The notes beneath the pieces are model-generated. The model had not been told where the DNA came from. It saw only the letters and a list, made by a program, of their open reading frames with translations, and did not search any database. The position numbers and the translations under genes are program-made. Shown piece after piece: positions 37,801 through 40,743 of a stretch of 64,000 bases of DNA (positions within the stretch are counted from its first letter, which is position 1; the number at the start of each line of letters is the position of its first letter). This stretch comes from Candidatus Omnitrophota bacterium (GTDB lineage Bacteria; Omnitrophota; Gorgyraeia; Zapsychrales; Fredricksoniimonadaceae): the NCBI GenBank assembly GCA_015232565.1, contig JADFZK010000004.1, positions 11,907 through 75,906 on the forward strand, in the 5' to 3' direction.

Positions 37801-40743
37801 ATTAACATCACTCCAATTTATGCCGCTTACGGAAAGCGACTCTATCTCAGTCCAGTTAATACCTTCCAGGGTTAGACGGCCCAGATCAGTCCAATTGATA
37901 CCGGATGAAGACAGAGTACCGATATCATTCCAGTTTATGCCCTGGATTGATAAAACATCAATATCCAGCCAATTCACTCCTGCGGTAGTCAGCGCTTGGA
38001 TATCCTGCCAGTTAACACCGGTTTTGGATAAAGAATTAAGGTCGTCCCAATTTATACCCTGCAAAGATAATTGCTCAATATCCGTCCAATTAATACCAGT
38101 TGCCGACAAAGCGCCAATGTCCTGCCAATTTACACCGGTAGAACTGATGACCGAGATGTTATCCCAGTTCACCCCGGCCCCGGCCAAATAAGCTACGTCA
38201 GTCCAATTAATAGTTTCTACCGACAACCGGGATATATCCGACCAGTTAACTCCGGAGGCACTCAACACGCCAATATCGGTCCAGTTAATACCCAGATCAG
38301 TCAACGCTCCAATGTCGGTCCAATTGACGCCAGTAAGGCTCATGCTGGAAAGATCATCCCAATTTACACCGGACGCCCCCAGCAGGCCCACATCCATCCA
38401 GTTAATGCCCGCATCGGACAAAACCTGGATATTGTCCCAGTTAATGCCTTTAGTAGAGAGGGCATTAATATCTGACCAGTTAACCTCAGAGGCCGACATT
38501 TGCGAAATATCATTCCAATTAACACCGCTTAGCGATAAAGTTTCCAAATCTGTCCAATTTATCCCCGATGCGCTTAATGCTCCGATATCGAACCAGTTCA
38601 CTCCATTAGAGGACATGGCCCCAATGTCCAGCCAATTTACGCCCGTCGCGCTTAAGGCGCCGATATCGCTCCAATTAATACCCGTCAAAGACAAGGATTG
38701 CACATCCTGCCAGTTTATATTGGAGAGAGCCATAACTGAAATGTCAGTCCAGTTAACAGCTGACTGAGATAAGGTTTGGATATCGGTCCAGTTGATGCCC
38801 GAATCGCTCAAGGCTTCCAGGTCAGTCCAGTTCACACCCGCAACGCTTAACGCGTTAATGTCTGTCCAGTTAATGCCCGATTGCGCTAACGAGGAAATGT
38901 CCGTCCAATTGATCCCTGAATTGGTCAAGGAGTTCACATTCTCCCAGTTAACCCCAGAGACCGACAAAGTATCCAGATCCGACCAGTTAACACCCGAGGC
39001 ACTCAACACTCCTATATCCGTCCAGTTAACCCCGGCGGCCGTGAACAACTGCATGTCCGACCAATTGATCCCCAGCTCGCTGAACACACTTATATCGTCC
39101 CAGTTTATGCCGGCGATGGTCATGGTCTCGATGTCATACCAGTTCAACCCGCGATCCGACATTACAGTAAGGTCTTCCCAGTTTATGCTGGCGGTGGTCA
39201 GTACTGCCAGATTATCCCAGTTGACCCGGTCGGGCCAGTTAACACCCGCCCCGGTCATGATAGCCAGGTCGACCCAGTTCACTTCGCTGGAAGTAAGCAG
39301 ATCGAGCTCGGTCCAATTAACCCCGGTATCACTCAATGACGCAATGTCAGCCCAATTAATGCCGATCTCGGACAAACTTGAAATATCGTACCAGTTGATC
39401 GCCAGGTTCGACATAACGCCCATGTCCGACCAGTTAATGCCGGTCTCGGTCAAGGAAACCACATCGTCCCAATTGATCCCCACCAGAGTCATGGCGTAAA
39501 GGTCATCCCAATTGATACCGGCATTCGCCATTTTGCTGAAAGTACCGGCCTGCGTGATAACCTCGATGTCGCCCCAATTAATATCCTTGCCCGCTATTCG
39601 GTCAGTAACAGCCCTGATCGCCCCCACCCCGCTTACCAGCACTTCAATGTCCATCCAGTTAACGCCGTCACTGGCCGACAAAATTTCTTTGGCATCTTCC
39701 CAGTTGATCCTGGTGTCAGACAACACGCCGATATCTTCCCAGTTAACCACGGAAAGATCGGCAACATTTGGCTTGACAAGATCCAGAGGAGCATACGTGC
39801 TGTAAGTGCCGGAAGGAATCTCGCCGGGATAAACGCTGGGGTCAGTGATAAGTTGCTTGATGTCAATAACTAAATTGATAAAATATGAATTTTTGTAATT
39901 CGGCGGATTCCAAATTCCGCGCGCAGTACCATCATAACTGTAGATCTTCTGGTCGGCATTAAGCGCGGGCGCAAACCAATCCTTGCCGGCGTCGGGAGTT
40001 AAGGTGAAACTGGACTGTATCGCCGGAGCGGCCGAAGTGGACGCCGCCACCGTAGCCATGTAGATCGTAGCGTCGCAAGTATCCGCAATTTCAATGTTCT
40101 TACGCTGGCCATCGCTTTCCAGCCAGGCGTAGAACAAATAAGCTTTCACATTGTTATCCCACACCGCGGCGAATTTCGGGCCGGTGCCCTGAAACACATC
40201 AAACGGCTGGGAGGTGGCGCCGGTCAAAGTGCCCGCCGTAGCGTTGAGGGTATACATCTCACCGCCGGTCGTGATCTGCAGGTCCGTGAAACGCGCCACA
40301 CCGTTGACCGCAGTAACCTTCACCGTGCCCCGCAGTCCGGCGTTACCCGGGTTGTTAGCGATAGCAATGGTCACCAGGGTAGCGCTGTCACTGGTAACCA
40401 CATTGTTGCTGGCATCGAGAATAGCGACCGCCGGCTGTCTGGAAAAAGGGATTAAAGTTTTTGAGCTGGAGGGAGACGTGATAAAAGCCAGGTGAGTGGC
40501 CTCGCCATGCTTAACGGAGCCCGAACCGGAATTGGCGCTGAACTTGCCGCTATCCTTACCACCGGTATAATTTGGCTCGATGTCCGCGACTGCCGCCCCA
40601 TTGGTTGGTCCACCGGAGAACTGGGCAAAAGCAGAAGCCGCGACGATATTAGATATTATTAAACTAATAATAAATAATATGACGCAGCGGCTGATGGAAG
40701 AAATGGAGTTTTTGATTTTAGCTATTTTCATCCCAGGGATCAA
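7855..40743 (-). CDS. Giant secreted/surface repeat protein (10,962 aa): signal peptide, about 290-aa beta-rich N-terminal domain, about 800 tandem 13-residue N-W repeats, 228-aa helical C-terminal domain
   Basis: Single open frame of 32,889 nt, impossible by chance. N-terminus MKIAKIKNSISSISRCVILFIISLIISNIVAASAFA is signal-peptide-like. Body is xNWxDIxxLSxxG repeated with exact 13-aa/39-nt periodicity. C-terminal tail is coiled-coil-like with GAGAGAGG low-complexity. Confidence 0.9.
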   Translation of the reverse strand: MIPGMKIAKIKNSISSISRCVILFIISLIISNIVAASAFAQFSGGPTNGAAVADIEPNYTGGKDSGKFSANSGSGSVKHGEATHLAFITSPSSSKTLIPFSRQPAVAILDASNNVVTSDSATLVTIAIANNPGNAGLRGTVKVTAVNGVARFTDLQITTGGEMYTLNATAGTLTGATSQPFDVFQGTGPKFAAVWDNNVKAYLFYAWLESDGQRKNIEIADTCDATIYMATVAASTSAAPAIQSSFTLTPDAGKDWFAPALNADQKIYSYDGTARGIWNPPNYKNSYFINLVIDIKQLITDPSVYPGEIPSGTYSTYAPLDLVKPNVADLSVVNWEDIGVLSDTRINWEDAKEILSASDGVNWMDIEVLVSGVGAIRAVTDRIAGKDINWGDIEVITQAGTFSKMANAGINWDDLYAMTLVGINWDDVVSLTETGINWSDMGVMSNLAINWYDISSLSEIGINWADIASLSDTGVNWTELDLLTSSEVNWVDLAIMTGAGVNWPDRVNWDNLAVLTTASINWEDLTVMSDRGLNWYDIETMTIAGINWDDISVFSELGINWSDMQLFTAAGVNWTDIGVLSASGVNWSDLDTLSVSGVNWENVNSLTNSGINWTDISSLAQSGINWTDINALSVAGVNWTDLEALSDSGINWTDIQTLSQSAVNWTDISVMALSNINWQDVQSLSLTGINWSDIGALSATGVNWLDIGAMSSNGVNWFDIGALSASGINWTDLETLSLSGVNWNDISQMSASEVNWSDINALSTKGINWDNIQVLSDAGINWMDVGLLGASGVNWDDLSSMSLTGVNWTDIGALTDLGINWTDIGVLSASGVNWSDISRLSVETINWTDVAYLAGAGVNWDNISVISSTGVNWQDIGALSATGINWTDIEQLSLQGINWDDLNSLSKTGVNWQDIQALTTAGVNWLDIDVLSIQGINWNDIGTLSSSGINWTDLGRLTLEGINWTEIESLSVSGINWSDVNTMSLQGINWLDIGSLSEAGVNWSDISLMAASNINWGDINSLSYSNVNWTDLGSLSVAGINWTDIVSLSQEGVNWIDIGVISSTGINWTDIGRVTSEGINWTDINTLTASGINWESLGVLSLTGVNWTDVETLSASGVNWSDIGVLSANGINWLDIGAMSDASVNWTDIEAISVAGINWGDIDLLSRTGINWNDIVSLSTNGINWSDVDILSRSGINWGNITVMADSGINWSDVNALSTSGINWIDVGLVSDSGVNWTDISALTMAGVNWDDIGALSLKGINWNDVVVLSQAGVNWDEVGTIAATGINWIDLQALSLSGVNWTDIDRLSMSGINWTDVENVSISGINWTDIAALSATGVNWQDIDQMSQAGINWTDVSVLTATGVNWSDIDVFTNSNINWLDLASLSATGVNWSNMQTMTAAGINWTDLGDLSVAGVNWTEIETLSSSAINWTDIGALTIAGINWEDVTTLSKTGINWSDINVMSASGVNWTDVASLTAAGVNWNDLDVISETGINWLDLGTLTNQGVNWLDIQTISDSGVNWTNIELLSVSGINWTDINTFASANINWTDIAALSESNINWTDLNVLSLASVNWQDLSALSSMGVNWNDLASLSAVGVNWIDLGSMSAQGINWTDVAALSVTGVNWVDINRLSTEGINWADVGRLSETGVNWTDIESLSVSNINWTDIETLSVNGVNWSDLAVLSTTNINWDDILGISTQGINWADINALTNAGINWNDVELLSSTGVNWTDLERLSMNGINWTDIGDMTVIGVNWVDIQSLSMAGVNWTDVATFSVSGLNWADIQTLSNSAINWEDFSRLSNVGVNWQDLTALTDAGINWTDIGALSATGVNWEDIGSLSQSGVNWIDLGAMSDSGVNWTDIQALSYAGVNWSDLNAVTLAGVNWTDLAAFSQTGINWSDINTLSAAGINWVDLGALSATGINWTDIGKLSATGVNWEDIGALSQTGINWTDLQTITSSGINWTDIETFTVAGVNWTDVSLLSESGINWSDLNTLSLAGVNWDNVTTLTTAGVNWSDINIFTNAGINWTDVSALSAAGLNWNDVQALTLSGVNWLDVGSLSQSGVNWIDLGSLADSGVNWTDLQTLTSSSVNWSDLNVMSLATINWTDISALTAAGVNWTDVNALTTANVNWLDIEAVTKTGVNWVDIGAMTLAGVNWLDVENLTLSGINWQDIDQMSRTGVNWSDLNYMSNVGVNWSDLNIMNSLGINWNDLSTMTNVGVNWENIGEVSQSGINWTDIESLTVAGINWIDVQSLTLQGVNWSDIETMTRIGVNWTDIETLSRTGVNWADVQSFTSTGINWQDLQSMTMTGVNWTDLQSMTVMGVNWVDLETLSVSGVNWVDVETMSVAGVNWDNVTALSVAGVNWMDVDTLSKAGVNWIDFGSLTNAGVNWSDLGSLSLSGVNWTDISTLAATGVNWTDVGVISETGVNWTDIQMLTVAGVNWSDIDTLSKTGVNWQDIAVLGNAGVNWVDIEALSLSGVNWTDVENLSLTGINWLDIDQMSRTGVNWSDLNYMSNVGVNWSDLNIMNSLGINWNDLSTMTNVGVNWENIGTVSQSGINWIDVETLTLSGINWTDVQSLTMQGVNWTDIESLTESGINWLDVETLSGTGVNWFDIQALSFSGINWQDVQSLTVTGVNWTDIGSLSLAGVNWTDIGALSDVGVNWTDISSLSVSGINWTDIQAISTQGINWSDIDSLTRIGINWTDIGALSATGVNWEDIGSLSQSGVNWIDLGAMSDSGVNWTDIQALSYAGVNWSDLNAVTLAGVNWTDLAAFSQTGINWSDINTLSAAGINWVDLGALSATGINWTDIGKLSATGVNWEDIGALSQTGINWTDLQTITSSGINWTDIETFTVAGVNWTDVSLLSESGINWSDLNTLSLAGVNWDNVTTLTTAGVNWSDINIFTNAGINWTDVSALSAAGLNWNDVQALTLSGVNWLDVGSLSQSGVNWIDLGSLADSGVNWTDLQTLTSSSVNWSDLNVMSLATINWTDISALTAAGVNWTDVNALTTANVNWLDIEAVTKTGVNWVDIGAMTLAGVNWLDVENLTLSGINWQDIDQMSRTGVNWSDLNYMSNVGVNWSDLNIMNSLGINWNDLSTMTNVGVNWENIGEVSQSGINWTDIESLTVAGINWIDVQSLTLQGVNWSDIETMTRIGVNWTDIETLSRTGVNWADVQSFTSTGINWQDLQSMTMTGVNWTDLQSMTVMGVNWVDLETLSLSGVNWVDVETISTVGVNWTDVQSLTEAGVNWSDVETLSKTGINWLDIGILGNTGVNWTDIGALSLSGVNWTDIGNLSVSGVNWTDIQSLSDSAVNWSDLNSLSLSGVNWTDIAALSLNGVNWSDLATLSDAGVNWQDVSSLASAGINWIDLQTITATGVNWQDLGVLSQTGINWLDLGTLSAVGINWTDVDAVTAAGINWTDLAALSLTGVNWSDLNVLTEAGINWQDLDTLTRSGVNWADINSFSNAGINWIDIETLTKSGVNWTDVNALSISMVNWNDLSVMSLNSINWVDLGSLTAQGINWSDLDTLTSVGINWLDIETLSRSSVNWQDLASMTALSVNWQDITALTQSGINWTDLDSSSKAGVNWQDIAVLTDAGINWIDLQTLSTNGINWTDIENLSLTGINWSDLDQLSKNGVNWSDISVMSTIGVNWNDLSLMSNNGVNWTNIESLTLSGVNWTDIESLSTQAINWVDIQALSDSAINWGDLSILSNSSINWQDIAALSATGINWSDVDVLSKTTLNWQDIGAMSTSGINWLSIESMSNNGINWIDIGALSGNGVNWTDIASLSLTGINWSDFGVLGNSSINWVDIETLSTAGVNWNDLSILTDAGVNWNDISVLTTSGVNWTDISLLASTGVNWSDLNVISTAGLNWNNLSEMTTVGINWIDVGAMSLTGINWIDLGTFSQSGVNWADIEMLSKEGVNWSDVTVFSNTGINWADFEVISKKGINWLDIETISTTGINWIDIGVLTTQGVNWLDIDVLSNQGVNWQDIEQISLSGVNWSDIETISVAGINWIDIGTMSVNGVNWSDISTLTQAGVNWNDIQSLTKTNINWDDIQTLSSTGVNWFDVALMSLVGINWTDIQVLSAKGVNWDDIQTMSDMGINWTDIETLSRTAINWSDIGSLSETGVNWTDIGSLTQSGINWSNIETMTVSGINWTNFDAMSVSGINWTDIATLSIAGANWDDITTMSTANVNWSDISQISTQGINWMDVSALSMTGLNWEDINTFSRTGINWTDIGVLSATGVNWADVDVLAKSGINWQDIDVLFKTGINWTDIETLSTTGVNWQDIDTLSKTNVNWNDIDLMSRSGVNWSDLNYMSNIGVNWSDLNVMNSLGVNWNDLSVMTTAGVNWHDVSSLSLAGVNWNDVAVLSETTVNWSDLDLMASAGVNWDNFSVMTAVGVNWTDFAQLTADGVNWNDIALLSDSGVNWSDIDSITNTGINWTDLSTLSNTGINWTDIETLSTTGVNWTDIETVSITGINWQDIDTLTKVGVNWSDIERLSTTGINWQDIGRLSATGINWTDIGSLSLTGLNWTDIEALSVTGVNWTDIGRLSETGVNWTDIGTLSNTGINWTDIDLLTKTGVNWTDIESMSQSGVNWSDLNYMSNIGVNWADLNVMNSIGVNWNDLSVMTTSGVNWQDVNTLTTIGVNWTDVAVLSLTAVNWTDVNSLTTAGVNWDSFSVMTAVGVNWTDFAQMTINGVNWMDVAVLSDNGINWLDIDVLTNKGINWTDVEALSLTGINWTDIGALSVTGINWLDIDVISETGVNWSDLGVLSNVGINWQDIDVLAKTGVNWNDIDVISRSGINWTDVEHLASTGINWTDIELLTKTGVNWSDLNTITTIGINWQDIDTLTKTGVNWSDVESISKTGINWQDLGLVSTTGINWTDIGSASLTGINWTDFETLSVTGINWTDIGRLSETGVNWTDIGTLSNTGINWTDIDLLTKTGVNWADIDVMSQAGVNWSDLNYMSNIGVNWSDLNVMNSLGVNWNDLSVMTNAGVNWQDITTLSNIGVNWTDVETITDSNINWTDITALTAAGLNWNDLQTLTISGINWDDITSMTEAGVNWSELQNFTNSGVNWSNLDSMTNAGVNWESFGSMTSANVNWTDVGELTLAGVNWLDVSVISSLGVNWTDIDVISKTGINWQDIDVLAKTGVNWNDIDVISRSGINWTDVEQLSITGINWTDIDLLTKTGVNWSDLNLITTTGINWQDIDTLTKTGVNWSDVESISKTGINWQDLGLVSTTGINWTDIGSASLTGINWTDFETLSVTGINWTDIGRLSETGVNWTDIGTLSNTGINWTDIDLLTKTGVNWADIDVMSQAGVNWSDLNYMSNIGVNWSDLNIMNSIGVNWNDLSVMTTSGVNWQDVNTLTTIGVNWTDVAALSLTAVNWSDVNSLTTAGVNWDSFSVMTAVGVNWTDFAQMTINGVNWMDVAVLSDNGINWLDIDVLTNKGINWTDVEALSMTGINWTDIGSLSVTGINWLDIGSISATGVNWSDIGVLSNTGINWQDIDVLAKTGVNWNDIEVISRSGINWTDVEQISATGINWTDIDLLTKTGVNWSDLNVVTTNGINWQDIDTLTKTGVNWSDVEIISKTGINWQDLGQISTTGINWTDIGSASLTGINWTDLETLSVTGINWTDIGRLSETGVNWTDIGTLSNTGINWTDIDLLAKTGVNWTDIESMSQSGVNWSDLNYMSNIGVNWSDLNIMNSIGVNWNDLSVMTTSGVNWQDVNTLTTIGVNWTDVAALSLTAVNWSDVNSLTTAGVNWDSFSVMTAVGVNWTDFAQMTINGVNWMDVAVLSDNGINWLDIDVLTNKGINWTDVEALSMTGINWTDIGFLSVTGINWLDIGSISATGVNWSDIGVLSNTGINWQDIDVLAKTGVNWNDIDVISRSGINWTDVEQLAITGINWTDIDLLTKTGVNWSDLNTITTTGINWQDIDTLTKTGVNWSDVEIISKTGINWQDLGQISTTGINWADIGSASLTGINWTDFESLSVTGINWTDIGRLSETGINWTDLGTVSNTSINWSDIELITKTGINWTDINTLTTSGVNWTDIETLTMTGINWTDIETLSKTGVNWSDIDVFSRSSLNWADVEVLTRTGINWSDIGVLGSTGINWQDIDTITKTGINWTDIGALTNTGINWTDIDQLTKTGVNWTDIDAMSQAGVNWSDLNYMSNIGVNWSDLNVMNGLGVNWNDLSVMTNSGVNWQDMGILTDVGVNWTDIATLSASAVNWSDLDVLSTSTINWDNFSLMTTSGVNWTDFAQMTVDGVNWTDIGSLTASGINWSDINDLTNKGINWTDIGAMSLTGVNWTDIEAVSLTGINWTDIGRLSETGVNWTDIGVLSITGINWQDIDTLAKTGINWADIDVISRSEINWTDVGQVTNTGINWTDIELLTRTGINWTDINTLTTSGVNWTDIETLTMTGINWTDIETLSKTGVNWSDIDVFSRSSLNWADVEVLTRTGINWSDIGVLGSTGINWQDIDTITKTGINWTDIESLTHSGVNWIDIETLSSSAVNWADLELLSTSTLNWDNFSLMTTSGVNWTDFAQMSVDGVNWTDIGTLTESGINWSDVNDLTNKGINWTDIGAMSLTGVNWSDISEVTLTGINWTDIGRLSETGINWTDVGVLSTTGINWQDIDILAKSGMNWADIELLTKSSINWTDVAGLTDSGINWTDIQSLTNVGINWADFEILSVTGVNWDDLNSLSDSAINWTDVASLTMTGVNWSDIGSLSLTNINWADIGVLSTTGMNWSDIDVLARSAINWSDIETLSRSGINWSDVEQISTTGVNWTDIDLLTKSGVNWTDINVLTSAGVNWTDISALSLTGLNWTDIQSLSTTAINWQDIETLSVTGINWTDIQSLSATGINWSDIGVLTTLGVNWADIDLMSESSVNWADMSVLTNSAINWTDLDTLTTSGINWSDISQMSSVGVNWIDLETLSVTGVNWTDISTLSSSAINWTDLNTLSMSGINWTDIESLTSSTINWTDISSLTQSGLNWTDLETLAQSGINWTDIQTLSATGINWADVDTLSKTGINWQDIQTLAATGVNWADIDVMAKTGINWTDILTVTTTGINWQDIEQLTTTGINWTDVGAISQTGINWTDIGSLSLTGINWVDIGTISETGVNWSDIAIMSDRGINWTDIALLSESTVNWSDLNVLTTAEVNWASFSAMTNASVNWTDFAQMTLDGVNWTDLASLSDTGVNWQDFNQLTMSSVNWTDVGALSTTGINWTDMNTLFAEGINWSDVGVMSNVGLNWQDIARLSDSGINWTDVERLSVEGINWTDIGAISAQGINWSDIESLSVVGINWLDIEKISTTGINWTDLESLGKTGVNWTDLETMSKIGVNWTDINSLSVAGINWVDIETVSLTGINWSDIGSMSTIGLNWQDIAELSKTGINWSDINTLSTQGVNWTDIERISLSGINWTDINTLTTQGINWTDVERLSVQGINWLDIDALSRQGINWTDIEQLTVAGLNWEDIRTISLTGINWTDIGNMSLTGVNWSDIGTLSSSGINWLDIQTLTDQGINWADIETISRQGINWTDIESLSVTGLNWTDIQQLTSSGVNWTDWSVFSTLGVNWTDLATLSHSVINWADVQTMSAVAVNWDDLTVLTTRGVNWDDVGVISGTGVNWSDIQTLSDQGINWQDIETLSRQGVNWTDVETLTTTGLNWTDIGLLSVTGVNWEDLNTLSRTGLNWSDIDVLAKQGINWQDLETLSRSSINWSDVQTISNQGINWIDIQALSTNGINWIDLALLSDSGVNWTDLNTLTSSAVNWADFEVLTHQGVNWQDIETLTNIGINWTDIQSLTMDGINWSDIGAMSLTGINWLDIETISRQGINWSDIETVSKQGVNWLDIEKLSTTGINWQDLQQLSVTGINWTDIQSLSSTGLNWSDLNVMSIEGINWTDIEQLSLTGMNWSDLDVISRQGINWTDVEQISRQGINWSDIETISTSGINWTDLNTLSLSGVNWTDIEQISRTGINWTDIETLTKQGVNWTDIETLSTQNINWADIQLLSDSGVNWHDLSIMSLSTINWQDFAQVSSTGVNWADMAVMSNIAINWQDINTMTTTGVNWADIDTISKQGINWQDIERLSTNGINWEDIQRLTVTGLNWDDIKALTVTGINWTDVQTISETGVNWTDIAQLSTTGINWTELQTVSLTGVNWTDIGALGLSGINWTDLSSMSTSTINWLDWASLTNEGINWTDLETISQQAINWTDLQTASNIGLNWADIQTLTTSGINWQDIDVLAKSGVNWTDIETISQTGINWTDIQTIATTGINWSDLDVISKQNINWQDIETLSKQGINWIDVQTLTNVGVNWTDIEQLTKDGVNWEDISLMSATGVNWSDLNYMSSIGVNWSDLNVMNSLGINWTDLSVMTNVGTNWADLSVITNNAINWTDFESMTVTGINWSDIASMHASGINWTDLSTLSSTGINWTDLETMTVAGLNWTDLNTLADSAINWADISILSRSTVNWADIETLSNEGLNWADIETISAQGINWSDIETLSLAGVNWTDIQTLTETGVNWTDINILSNKGINWTDIETASLAGVNWTDIDSLSQTGINWTDIEVISKQSINWTDYETLSKQGLNWTDVELLSKQGVNWTDIESLTKQSVNWSDLEVITKQGINWQDIERLTYTGVNWEDIQQLSVSGLNWTDIGSLSVTGVNWTDIEQLSKTGVNWTDLNSFTTAGINWTDLDLFSRSAINWTDISALSLNGLNWNDIELISKTGINWTDIQTISESGVNWADIDVLSETGINWTDIQTISESGINWSDLNILSGAAINWTDMSAMSNQAINWIDLSAMTTQSINWTDMQTLTVQGINWTDIEAISRTGVNWADIQTLSLTGINWTDLDTISKSGINWTDILTLSTSSINWTDIEALSDNGVNWTDIETLSQTGINWIDLNSLTVSGLNWTDIEKLTLSGINWTDIQTLSSTGVNWADLEIMSNVGTNWQDISTISNSGINWIDVEALGKTGINWTDVQTLTQSGINWTDVNTATLSGINWQDIKELSVTGINWQDIGSLTNQGINWTDVEQISKTGINWTDIESLSTEGVNWTDIETITKTGINWTDLERMTLTGVNWTDIQTLTETGINWSDIDVLSNKGINWTDVQTLSSSGVNWADISVMSDIGVNWTDIAAMTDTAINWTDMNTLSSSGVNWTDIQSLSNTGINWTDIDQLSLSGVNWTDIQTITQSGVNWTDLESFSKSAINWQDWAVLTTTAINWQDMNTLTMSGINWTDLDQMSISGVNWTDISTLGNSGINWSDLDIMSNRGINWTDIETLSTSTINWTDLARISTETINWTDLSLMSNSAINWTDINVLSNKGINWLDIEQISTTGINWTDLQTLSASGINWTDISSMSEIGVNWTDIQTLSQTGVNWSDLNYLSTIGINWTDIAQLSSSSVNWTDIETISKQGINWTDLETISSSGINWYDLAAESLSGINWTDIDSMSDSAINWTDLAVFFNTGVNWTDIQSLTLQGVNWLDVESLSKTGVNWSDLSVMNDAGINWADLAQLTGSAINWTDVNTLSDSGVNWTDLASLTGSAINWTDLNILSTSRINWTDIESLSDSGINWTDVEVLHNAGVNWSDFERMTDLGVNWADVAVLSASGLNWSDMQRMTTDSINWEDLAVMTTRAINWSDLGVSTNSSINWLDIEKMTDQGVNWTDIETLSASGINWTDIERLSLSQLNWQDLAVLGNSQLNWTDISTLGNSGINWTDISSLSASGINWTDLDIMSDSGVNWSDWQSMTNMGINWNDIASMSAQGVNWTGLDVLASSAVNWDDMAVLTTRAINWQDLNTMTTTGVNWESLGIMTTAGVNWDDFVVMTELGVNWDSLDVMTKTEINWQDMSVMSNNAVNWMDLSTMSRSGMNWTDLSQMAIAGINWTDLDSMSMSGVNWSDLDVLSNSGVNWTDFSSMSISSVNWTDINSLSTSGINWQDIDQLSKTSINWTDLDILSDSGVNWTDLARMSDTAINWTDLAMMGTSTINWTDISSLSLSTVNWSDISVMAQTGVNWDDLAVLAQTGVNWSDLDIMTNAGVNWMDLEKLSVNAVNWDDLTVLTSSTVNWLNFSELTGSGINWTDIGSMSLTAVNWTDIDQLTRSGVNWSSIDFMTNAGVNWTDIGALSDSSINWTDLQTLTDTGVNWTDLQTMTISNVNWEDLSLLTATGVNWSDMESLSLTGINWTDMNSLTNSGVNWESIGAMTAAGVNWTDMAALTTNGVNWTDLGIFSQSNVNWTDIETMTLAAVNWADMAQLSETGVNWADMMSMSNNGINWTDFGTLSNSSINWQDINTLSFSEINWTDIASMSTAGANWDSLGSMSNAGINWTDMQVLTDNAINWTDFSALTQSSINWESFSGMTNSGINWTDFEVFTESGVNWDDLQTLSQSTINWQDMSELTNNGVNWTDLMMMSDSGINWTDMSTMSLTDINWAAIQNMSAQGVNWASLGFLSEAQVNWEGLSDLSSVNINWDSLSSMSGTGVNWSGIAEMSTTNINWEDMMLMSDSGLNWMDISQMTNDGINWESIAVMSDVGINWNDIVQISESHINWEDIFTMSTTGLNWLDIGDLSLAGINWTEIDNLSRKGLNWDGIAQMTDASVNWDSLAYMTGAGINWEDMNSFLETGINWDDWMTMTNSSVNWNDMAKMTSGAINWEDMGIVGAADIDWADMGTMTRAGINWGEMATFSKANVNWDDITNMSTSTINWTALSTFSNDAPTLITNMQHVFDVVGSVDDAAGTDTLLGKINNITDAMGTKSFKSILQLLGTDSDKAESKTIFGDIKNIQTLLGVAQADTDITVFKQLARMQASAGAALASAMGINDDLGVNGQSPTIYEKLEEFSQYVQEMKQSAEGISGQGAGAGAGGFAQEVVGMLTKILEEQAKLAGLENTGLLVENLTKQQAKDMDRVNAKLEEIDAKIRALQEAMKVDDIVVKTWFESEE
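21200..27800 (-). repeat. Higher-order tandem repeat (unit 1092 nt = 28 x 39 nt; at least 5 units plus 1443- and 858-nt variants) within the giant gene
   Basis: Antisense shadow ORFs ending at 23644, 24736, 25828 and 26920 are spaced exactly 1092 nt and share long identical peptide stretches. Each unit carries the landmark peptide SDLNYMSNIGVNWSDLNVMNSLGVNWNDLSVMT. The segment 21233-21545 is near-identical to 22325-22637. Confidence 0.8.
31090..35225 (-). repeat. Near-identical 1.48-kb intragenic duplication (31090-32573 vs 33742-35225, offset 2652 nt = 68 x 39)
   Basis: Five antisense ORFs recur with identical sequence at +2652 (e.g. 31148..31330 = 33800..33982; 32300..32488 = 34952..35140). 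Direct reading shows one mismatch over the compared stretches. The corresponding 494-aa protein segment (GVNWEDIGSLSQSG...GVNWVDLETLS) occurs twice. Confidence 0.8.

Larger units (their letters stand above)
8545..39756 (-). repeat. Coding tandem repeat array, 39-nt unit (about 800 copies) encoding G-[IV]-N-W-x-D-[IL]-x-x-[LM]-[ST]-x-x
   Basis: On the plus strand, ccaattaa / ccagttaa (reverse complement of V/I-N-W codons) recurs every 39 nt from about 39.75 kb down to about 8.55 kb; Asn-Trp is nearly invariant in every unit. Confidence 0.9.

Noticed and set aside
8336-39499. Numerous plus-strand ORFs of 60-487 aa inside the giant-gene interval (e.g. 8336..9358, 20738..22201, 22859..23644, 23711..24736, 24803..25828, 25862..26920, 36842..37675)
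   Set aside because: They are the antisense frames of the 39-nt coding repeat (translations are SVQLIPV-type 13-mers). They are broken at irregular points by stops, whereas the minus-strand frame is open for 32.9 kb. They are shadow ORFs, not genes.
8545-39756. 39-nt periodic array considered as a CRISPR array or non-coding satellite
   Set aside because: Units are contiguous with no repeat/spacer alternation, vary continuously, and keep a single reading frame with conserved Asn-Trp codons. This is a coding tandem repeat.
39633-39866. 77-aa minus-strand ORF inside the giant gene 5' region, and 63-aa ORF 8238..8429
   Set aside because: Out-of-frame overlaps with the giant CDS. No support.
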